The position numbers were made by a program, and so were the translations under genes. A stretch of DNA of 64,000 nucleotides from Paramecium tetraurelia. Its lineage: Eukaryota. Below the pieces are notes generated by a model. The model did no database searches, was not told the origin of the DNA, and saw only the letters and a list, made by a program, of their open reading frames with translations. Where the stretch lies: positions 62,001-126,000 of the forward strand of contig CT868296.1 in the NCBI GenBank assembly GCA_000165425.1. Direction: 5' to 3'. Positions 54,127 to 64,000 of this stretch are shown here, one piece after another. Positions within the stretch are counted from its first letter, which is position 1. The number at the start of each line of letters is the position of its first letter.

Positions 54127-56064
54127 TCATTTACTTTGTCTATTCATGTAGGATTATTAATAAGCTTCTGAATTACCCAATGTTGATTGTTCGAACTATG
54201 CGGACTATTAAAGAACTGGTAAATCCATGGCAGATTGAACGTATTTCTTAGGTTCTTAATGGAAGAGTGAAAAGCATTCAGTAGCACACAGGGTTATCAG
54301 TTTTCCTGAAATTTCAGAGCATGATTCACATTCTACCATTTCTGTAGGAACCTTTTTACAAACAAGACAAACAAGTTTATTTTGTAATTTTGCAGGAGGA
54401 TTACATTTTCTTGGGACATGGAAATTGATCTTAGGCAATAGTTCCATATCTTGAGGATTGAAACTACCCATAATATCAGTCACAATTCCGATAGTTGAAT
54501 ATCTTGGTTATGCAGTTTGAAGATTGTGATGTGTTTCTGAAACATTTGGAATATTCTTCATTTTAGTTCTGAGTAATTGTTTAGCTAGAGTAAGTCTAAA
54601 CTCTAAGAAATTGATTTGAGAATTTACTTTCTGAATGCTTTTAAATGCAATGAAACTATTCCAAATGACGATCTCTTACATTTCAGTATAGATGGCTCCA
54701 TTGACAGTGGCTGAAGAGAACAAACACTTATAAGCATCTGATAGAGCAGGATATTATTCTACTAATTTAATGTATTCCTAATAAATGACAACTGCATAAC
54801 TCTTTTTATCTTGACTGGTGTTTCTGTGAAATCCATCAGCAGTTGAAGCAAAGACTTTGAAATCAGCTTAATTAGGAGTGAGCAATTTAAGCAACATCAC
54901 ATGATTGTTTGTTACAAGTCCATCTTTGAAGTCTATCTTCTGTGTTTAAGTAGTTGATGCCAAAATACCACATGAGTATATAGCAAAGAATTCCACTAAT
55001 ATTTGCACTTACTCTAGAGTTAGCAATTCCTGCTGGAAATATAATTTGTGATTCTTGTGTTTATATGGATCCAACATGTTAAATATTGTGTTGCTGACGT
55101 TTTCCCTAAAACAAAATCGAATGGCTATTATATATTGTGTTTGTACATCCATAAGCAATATACATTCGATTGATCTCCCTTATAGATCTTAGGCTTCAAA
55201 TAGATTGTTTTTAATAACTGCCAAACATTGACCTGCATCATGAGATATCCTAAATTTCTTATTCAATTTCTTTGTTAAATAGCTGTAGACTTCTCCTTCC
55301 ACTTTGAATTTCTTCTCAACATCCTCCTATTTCAAATTGTGATACTTTGCTTGAATCATCACCTCATCTCTCAAATTCGTATTTTATTCCAAGAACTTAA
55401 ACCTACCAACTTTGATTAATTCTCCGATCTTATTACGGAATGGCAATTTATCATTAAAATAGTCTTCTGGATCAGGCATTCTATTGTAACCCATCAGAAT
55501 TTTCACTCCAAAATATTCGTATATCTAATCCAATTTAAATAATCTCTTTTTAACATCCTTCTCATGTTACTCTGAAAAGTGATCCTTCATCTAATCATTA
55601 ATCATTTTCAAGATGCTCTAAACTATTTGTCTATGAAACAAAGAGTAATAAATGTCCTTTGCATCATTTGTTACTTATGATTTCCAAAAATTATAAGCAT
55701 TTCTATCTCCTTAAAATGGTAACTGCTTTGTCGTTGTACTTGAAGCATTAATTGATTGCCATTTGCTTTTTGAATAAAAGTCTGGATTCTCTGCCAGTTT
55801 TTTGCCAACTTGCAATCGCAATTACTCAGATCTTATAGTTTATCCAGGTGCATGCTCATGTTTCAAAGGTTCTTATTTATCTAATTTGATTGGTGCTGCT
55901 GGTAACTAAACTTCACAATCAATTACACTTTGACTTATCTGATTCTTTTGGTTATTTACTTCCACTACTGCTTGCTCTTCTTCATTATTATTATTATTAT
56001 TAATTTATTCTTGTGGATTCTAATCTTCAGCAACCTCTCTATCGTTTTCTTATTCAATATCCAT
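54127..56064 (-). CDS. Domesticated piggyBac transposase, PiggyMac-like (PgmL), catalytically degenerate
   Basis: Intronless 645-aa ORF with piggyBac core motifs IYEYFGVKILMGYNRMPDPEDYF, LDPYKHKNHKLYF, IVIWNSFIAF..FLEFRLTLAKQL and a C-terminal cysteine-rich domain HVPRKC..CLVC..CESC..LCATECFSLFH. No TIRs seen. Confidence 0.88.
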
Positions 56065-56621
56065 TTATTTTTTAATTATCATTCATTATTATTTTCCATC
56101 TGTTTTAAAGATATTATTTTCCAGGAATTTTTAATTATTGTATACAAAATTTTGCTATCTTTATTTCCTTAAGCTATTTTCATCTTAAGACCTCAATACT
56201 CAATTCCTTCCTATTAGCATCACTCAATTAACTCATCTTAACGAATTTGACAACTATTCAACATTCCAAGTATAAGCCGTTTGATATATATTGATTAATG
56301 CAATCAAATAAATGAATTATCTGATAATATGAAATCAAATAGACTCCTTTATATGTACATTTTATTGCATTCGACCAGTCAAGAAGTATCACATTAAAGA
56401 GAGTCAATATCTTCAGTTGAATTATATTTTATCAAGAATAGATAAAATTTCCATTTTATAATAATTTGAATTAAATATAAAATCAATAGTAATCTACAAA
56501 AATTGTTCCATAGTTTTTACATTTAAACTAAAATAAATAATTTGATAATAACATATCTATTAATACAATAAATAATCTTTTTGAAATTAACTGCCAAATA
56601 ATTAATATTCATTTAATTCAC

Positions 56622-59009
56622 TCATGGTTTTAAGTATTTAAAAATAGATTATCCTCCATTTTGTTCATTTTCATATGCTTTATTGATTCCTCTATTAGTT
56701 TTTCTTCCATTTTAAAATTCACCTTTGTATAATAAAATTTTTTTTTCTTCTGCTTTGACAATCTCCCACCCCCATATTATCTATCCATATTTAAATATTC
56801 CAAATTATAAAGTCTCTTGGTTTATTCTCTGAAATCCTTATCCATGAGGCTTATCATTGACTAAGTATCCAATATAGTTTTTTTTAATTTAAATACTGCC
56901 AAATTCTTTTAGATAATCTAAGTACTTGTAATCTACTTTAATCCTTACACTATATTTTTATTCGAAAAACATTTATATTTCCTCACATAATTCTGATGGT
57001 AACATCCCATAAGTCAACATTATTTCTGCATATTTTTGTCTAAATTTGTATTTGAGTGATGGATATATATGATTGACTCCTGAAATAAATTATTAGACAT
57101 CTTATTTATTTTTTATTCCAATATCTATGCAGCTGAATAATGTCTTCAAATACTGACTTTTGAGTTTTGCTGATATAGATTGATATTCTTCAAAGCCTAA
57201 TAAATATTTAAGTTATTTTTCGTTAATGAACGCTTGAGCCTTCTACCTGGTTCTTAATGCTAAATTAAATGGGAATTATTCAGCACCATATTTCTTTTTT
57301 TCCTCCTCCTTTTTTTCAAGAGTATCTTTATATTCTGGTAAACCTTTTAAATAATAAATTGAAATTATCTTTTATTAAACTTAACTCAACTTAACAGGGA
57401 CTTAGGCTTCGATTTTAAGTTCTTTTTTTCTTAATTTGATTAAACCTGCTATTTTTTTAGGTGAGAAGTATGGCTTAGCTTCAATATTTGTAAGTTAATC
57501 TGTTACTTCATCAGGAATTTAAAATTGCTTCTTCCATTAAAGAATATTTGCTTCTTTTAGATTATAATAATAAATTATATCTTCTTCTGGCGCTTCCATT
57601 TCATAATTATAAAAGTATTATAGAGCCTACTTCCTATTTTCTACCAGAAATATATTTTCTTTAAGCTTCTCAATGTTATTTTTATGACTTTGTTGTATCG
57701 CTTCATTTTAACTTGTTTCTCTCTAAGAGATCTCAGAGAGTTCAATCAGCAATCTCATTAGATCATCCAAATAGGATTAAACCTCTTTAAGATCAAGTTG
57801 AAGTAACATATGAAAATCCAAAAAACACCAAAGTTTTTGTTCATTATTTTATTAAAAGAATTTTCCCAATTCAGGATAAATTTATTTTTGTACTAATTGG
57901 AGAAATTTATCCATTGCTTAAATAGTCCCATATTTAGTGACCTTTGCTTTACAACATGTTACAGGGTTGGGAAAGGTTCTATTGAATTCTGTAATTATAG
58001 AGCTCGTGCTTAATTAACCTTGCTAAACAATTACACTGGTTGGAAACTTTTAGGATATATTTAACTATACATTATATTAATATGGTTATTATTATTATTA
58101 TTATTATCTTTAATTTTCAGGATAAAACAGCATCTATAATCCTTAACCTATTTGACTATCTATTAGAGTTATTTCGTTAATTTTTTTGTCTAATTCTACT
58201 TTTTATAAAGCATAAAATGTTTCAATTGGTGGATTGATATAATCTTTAGGATAAAATATTTGAATAATGATTACTCCAATAGCCCATGCATCTAGATTAA
58301 AGGAATTTTAAGGAACATTCAGAACATCTTCGAATTATTTTTATCGTTTCATTTATTCTCTTATATTATCGAACTCAATAATTCTCATATCATAATCTGG
58401 CAAATTTTAAATGATATCTAATATTATCTTAGGATTATAAAAATAATAATCTTTCTGCCAGTTCTATTCTGACCTTCTATCAAATTATTAAATATAATTC
58501 TAATGAAATGTTCTATTACTCCCAAAATCTGAAAAGAAAATATCATTATCATAAAAGAATACATTATTAGGTTTAATATTTTGATGGAAAACATTACTTG
58601 ATCTTAATATGTTATAAACTTCTAAGAGTCTCTTGCTCACAAATATTTTTCTTTCTATTCCTGGCGCTTGATTTTTGATATATTTTAATATTGGAGCACA
58701 TTTATCATCATTATAATATGCAATCATTACAACTTTTCTATTCTTATTTTCACTTTGGAATATAGTAAAATTCTTAATTTCCAAAACACAATTCTTATTA
58801 TTAAGGCTTGTTTAGATTTTAATTTCATTTCTAATTTCCTCTATAAAATAATCTTAATATTATCCTTGAATCCTTCTTTTCTTAATCCAAAATACTTCAT
58901 TTTCATTCCTGCTTTTATATTATATGGTAAAAGGTTGATCATTCAAATTTAGCTTAGTAAGAGGACTATATTTTCTATAGAAGTCATCTTTGGTCAATTC
59001 AATATTCAT
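56622..59009 (-). CDS. Pseudokinase + coiled coil + MORN-like repeats
   Basis: FHQNIKPNNVF..FSDFG (catalytic Asp replaced by Asn), DAWAIGVI, C-terminal YIGYLVNDKPHGQG..FGIFKYGQIIWGWEIV; 795 aa, apparently intronless. Confidence 0.78.
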
Positions 59010-59504
59010 AAAAATAAAATAAAAAAATATTCTATTAATAGAGATTCATAAATTTAGGTTATCTAATTAATTAAGTCATCACCACTGATACGTTTATAAG
59101 GTCATAATAACATGATAACCGAAATTATTATAATTGAATAATTATATGCTTAAAATACGGATTCAATTTCTAAGTTTAATGTTAGAATAATTAATGTTAA
59201 GTATATCTAAATCTATAAAAATAATTCTAGTTTGGATTGAACAACTCTGGAACTTAATTAATATAATTAACAATCATAATCAATAAGAAATTAATAAACT
59301 AAATTAATTAATTAATTAATTAAGAAAAGAGTCTTTAAGACTACTCTGAAGGAATAGGGATAGTTAAATAAATTCTAATACTTAAATGAATAAAACTTTA
59401 AGGAGAATGATTGGTTTGATTTATTAGATTTTAGAGGTAGATAATTTGAGTATTTAATTTAATCATACAACCCACATATAGAAATTGATTTGAGAATAAT
59501 CTCA

Positions 59505-60390
59505 TCATTATTATTTTTTAGTTTTAGATATACCATAATTCCTTTCCAGGTAATCTATAGTGGGAGTTGTAAGAAGAGCTTGGCAAAAGTAAGCTATAAT
59601 TCTAGCTTGCCATCCTGCATATAAACCAGCAAGACCGTAATTTTGATACACAATCCTAAAAGACTAATACAAAGAAATTTTTCTATAGTTTTGGTTTTCT
59701 TCCATTTAAACGAGTGTTTTGATTGTATCGAAGGGATGCACTAATTTAAATCAAGAATCATACCTGCTAAGATGTTCAGAATGCTACTCAAGGTTGAAGC
59801 AATCAATGAATTAACTATTGAGAGAGGTTGTCCAGGATCTGCTTTTAATGCATAACGGACTTTGTGATCCCAATACAAATAGTTTGTCCATGAGACTACT
59901 TGTCTTGTTGTTTGAATTCTAAATCCTACATAAATAGATTGCAATGTTATATATTTAAGATAGCCAAAGCCTGTAGCCATGGAGGTCATCTTCAATGTTT
60001 TCAATCTTTCGAAGGGTGTAATAATGCAACTTTCAAATAGGCCAATGCTTGCTCCTGTGATTATTTTGTTTATTGATTGGTTGTGGATGTGATCATTCAA
60101 CATGGAAGGAATGAAAATCATCATAGGCCATCTGTAGTATTGTTTAACCATGTTTCTAAGAAAGCTAGGGTAAAAGCCGTCGTAAAAACCAATCAATCCT
60201 CTTGCTCCTTTGATGTCCAAGTAACTCTAAAGTATAAGATCTATTATTATACTTATATATAAGTTATTCCTTATTTGGATTGCTTATACGTCTTGATTCT
60301 GTCCAAAACATGTTCTAAAGGCATTGTTAATGCAACTCTAAACGCTCCTATGACTTAGGTTTCAATTAAGGCTTTAATGTAATCTCCCAT
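59505..60390 (-). CDS. Mitochondrial carrier family (SLC25) protein
   Basis: Px[DE]xx[KR] signatures PFERLKT and PFDTIKT, GFYDGFYP, GLYAGW; short introns. Confidence 0.88.
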
Positions 60391-60571
60391 TCGTGAGAAA
60401 AGGTAAATTCTTTAAAAAAAAATTTAACTATGGATCAGATTAATTTAGCTTTTATATGAAACAGACTTTATTGCAAAAAAGAGAGAGTTTCTGAAAGTGA
60501 TTTCGATAAATTCACACTTATAACACCTTTGTATAACAACACTTGATATAATAATTTAATAAATTATAAAT

Positions 60572-63500
60572 ATGTTCCTACTCATTTATTTTTAATTTGC
60601 ATTTGCTCTTTAAGATTGCTAATAATAATATTAAGATTGTTTTAATCAAGATAATTGCATCATAAAAGACTGCGAAGCTTAATTATTTGTATAAACTACA
60701 TGGAAATTTTAAAATATTACTATGAAAAATGTTGTTTTCAACATAGAAAATCATTAATCTTAGGTTGAAGAATACTCCATAACAGCCTAAATTATGACTA
60801 TATAATCTTCGACGTTTTAATAAAACATCGGAGAATACTTTGTAGATTTAGCATTTCAGGGACTGGAAATCATACTTTAAGATATAGACTTTGTCTTATT
60901 TGAGAAAGTTTAATTTACAGCAAAAACTCTATAATTGTAGGATGTTGTGATGAATACCAATTTCCTAATGATGTATTCTGATTATGTTGAATTGGAAAAC
61001 TCCCTAATATAATGCCATTTTTTAAAGTGTCTTGGTGCTGATTGTCTGTGTAATTAAGGTTACTGTAATAAAAATTTGATTGGAGAAATAAAACCATTTA
61101 AGAGAATTCCCGTTAATTTAGAAGAGAATTTCACTCTTGGTATTGCAGCAGATGAAGTACTGTTACAAAACACATAATTATTTGGAAGTAGTATTGGTAT
61201 TTATGCGAATAAATCTAATATAACCATCGATTCTAAATCTATTGTTTATGCATCTGGTTTAGGATGCAAGGAATAATAAGGATATGGTTGTGGATTTTAT
61301 GATTGGATGTTATCCTACACTTTGAAATGTGGATCTTCTGGAGGGAGTCATGGTGGCTTTGGTGGAAGACCCAAATCATAAGTGCTTGATTTTGATGAAT
61401 AGTGCAAAAAGTTAATACCTAGAGAAGCTTATGGAAATCCATTTAATCCATTATTTGAGGGATCTGGAGGTGGAGGAAACTACTTTGGAGGATATGGTGG
61501 AGGAGTTATCTATTTTTAGAGTATCAATATTATAATAGATGGAACAATAGAAACCAATGGGGAATCTTCTTAGAGAGATGATTCTATTATCTATGGTGGG
61601 GGGTCTGGTGGATCAATTTAATTTAGAGGCAAACTGTTTGGAAGAGGACTTGTATCTGCTGAAGGTGGTGAAGGATCAAAAATTAGTGGGAAAGGAAGCG
61701 GAGGCAGAATATTTTTTGATGATCCAATGAATCATAATCTGAAAATAACTACAGGCCTGAAGTCTTCATAAGGAACTATATATTATAATGAGTGTCCTTA
61801 AGGATTTGGAATAATTAGATAAGATTCAAGGTGTACATAATGTCCATCAGGGTTTTATACTTATTTATCAAGCGTTGGAGAATGCAAAAGATGCATTAAT
61901 TATGATGATGATGTTAATATTTATGAATAATCGATCAGTCCAATATGTAAAATATAATCATGTAAATATGGAAAAATACTTGATAAATAATAATGTGTCG
62001 TATATAATTTTGTTAGGTAATCTGGAGGTGAAAATGTTTTATTTGGCATCATTTTCTTTATTGGATTACTGGTCGTAAATTTCATCATATTCCTCTGTCT
62101 ATAAAAGCGAATCTCTAATCATAAAGTTAACTAAACTATATCCTTCTCAGACCTCCAAGAAAATCCTAATTTATACGAAGCAGCATCAGAAGATCCGAGA
62201 TTTCTACCTGAAGATCTTCCTTACTACGTTAAAAGGTTATATATTTAAGGCAACAACACTCCTAGTACTCCATGGCATTTACCTCTTCATACTTAACTTG
62301 ATCAATAGGATATCAATAATATAGTTTCGAATATTAACTCTATTGGATAATACACAAAATGGTAATAAATCTCGTTAGTGTTCTTAAAGATTTGGTACTT
62401 CCCTTTTTACTTTATATTATTAAAGTACTACCAAAAGAAAAAATCTAAGCAGATCTTCAGCTTTATGCAAAAGAATAATAGATTTAGCATTTATTGTCTG
62501 AAACTATCCTGTAGTTCAGATTACACTTTAGCCTATATAGATGTCTTGAATTATAATAATAACATCTTAGATTGGAACAAATCCACTCAATTTCCAATTT
62601 CCTTAGTGTTATAAGGAGATGGAGATTTCCTATTTCCTTGGTAAATCAATTTAAAAGATCCCTTGGTAAAATCAATGAAGATGTCATTTGAGAAATAGAA
62701 GATATTTATGCCAATAGATGACGGTGATTCAGATGGTTTATTATCTGAAAATGATGAAGAGGAAATACACACTTTTGATGAATTCATTATAAAATTCAAT
62801 TTATTAATGTTGCAGATAGATATTAGAAAGGGAAATGCAGAATTCATTAAAAATTGTTTTTCTTTATTTGAATTTATTGATGAAAGCAATAGTGAGATTT
62901 TCAACAAAAAACAAATCTTGTTAGATATATGTTTTCACATTTTGGGATTTCAATAATCATCTTTGATCATATTGACTACTTAAAAGCTTCTCGATTTTCA
63001 ATAGACTTTGAGAGAACTCCATTATATAGTGAATTACAAATCAGAATATCAGATTAAGGTATCAGTTAATTTTGAAAAGTAAGATTTTAATGTCAAGAGA
63101 TATTACGATAATTAAATTGTAATTAATACTATTAATGATATAAATAAACAAATAACAATGTATTAAAGGTATGAGGAAGACAAAGAGGAATTGAATAATC
63201 TAAAAATGTAAATGCAAAGGAAAATAGAGGCTGATGGAATACTCACTCCATTATTAGCTTAAAAGTAGGACGCAGAAGAAGAAGAGGATAATCATTTATA
63301 AAAAAATAATAAGTGTAATATATTGTGGGTTAGAATTATAAGATTCATCACAATTACATTTTCTTATTTTCTACGTTATAGAGATTTCAAAAATGAGAGA
63401 ATGCTGACATCAGTTTTGGTTGTGCTATGCATAATTCAAATTACGCTTTATGTGATATATGTATTAGAATTGATAGTTGATGTTTTCGACACAACATATT

Positions 63501-64000
63501 TAGATTAACAGTACTTTTTTACCTTTTATGTTGTCGAAGCTATTGTGTAAATAACCTTGTTCCCCTTCTCATAACTAATTACTGAAATAGTTTTGGTGAT
63601 TTGGGTAAGAGTATTGATTGTTATGTGTAGTTATTGAATCCGCAGAAGAAGTATTTTGGAAAGAACTTCTTAATCTTCAACTTCTGTTCCACCATCAACA
63701 ATATGATTTTATCAATATTTGCCATCATAGAATTTGCAATAATCACCATATAGAATTTAGAATCAGACTATTACTTCTTTGCATCAGTAAAGCTAATTCT
63801 ATTTTTGATCCAAAGTGTACAAGGGTATCTAGGGACTAAGTATTTAACCCTCTGAATACATTACTTACAAGAAATTAAGAATAATTAAAATATCATACAA
63901 ATATTATAATTCTAGACAATATTATTCAGGCTATTCTATTTTCAATAATTTAAATTAAAAATTATGCAAGTAGAACCGTATATAAATTCTGTGGTGAAGA
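60572..64000 (+). CDS. Large secreted/multi-TM protein with Gly-rich GGSGG repeats and ephrin-receptor-like Cys motif (3' end probably outside window)
   Basis: Signal peptide; GSSGGSHGGFGG..YGNPFNPLFEGSGGGG..GGGSGGSI..GSGGRI; CPQGF..CTQCPSGFY; KRLYIQGNNTPSTPWHLP; multiple TM segments after 63320. Confidence 0.8.

Noticed and set aside
54000..56600. Active piggyBac transposon
   Set aside because: No terminal inverted repeats recognised, catalytic residues substituted, and flanked by host genes.
56080..56600. Possible gene upstream of PgmL
   Set aside because: All - strand frames are interrupted near 56161-56220; no recognisable product.

Overview
AT-rich, extremely gene-dense eukaryotic DNA using the ciliate nuclear code (TAA/TAG = Gln, TGA the only stop) with tiny ~19-28 nt GT..AG introns. 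It is almost certainly a Paramecium macronuclear chromosome segment; the species cannot be determined. The supplied standard-code ORF track is therefore fragmentary, so genes were re-read by hand in code 6, and internal exon boundaries are approximate. About 35 genes are supported, including PP4R3/SMEK, a Rho GTPase, a SAM-FHA protein, PCD, a trichocyst matrix protein, SPT5, mitochondrial TyrRS, kinases, a syntaxin, a RAP-domain protein, a bZIP, CFAP43, an importin-alpha-like protein, tRNA-Lys(CTT) and a mitochondrial carrier. Most notable: (1) a catalytically degenerate domesticated piggyBac transposase (PiggyMac-like); (2) a five-unit ~53-bp dyad-symmetric repeat array just upstream of SPT5; (3) two divergent genes whose start codons share one CATG, plus an ATGA stop/start overlap; (4) a divergent ubiquitin-like protein with a di-Gly tail; (5) several uncharacterised paralog sets: three secreted Cys-rich proteins, two TM-Cache-TM receptors and two pseudokinase-MORN proteins.
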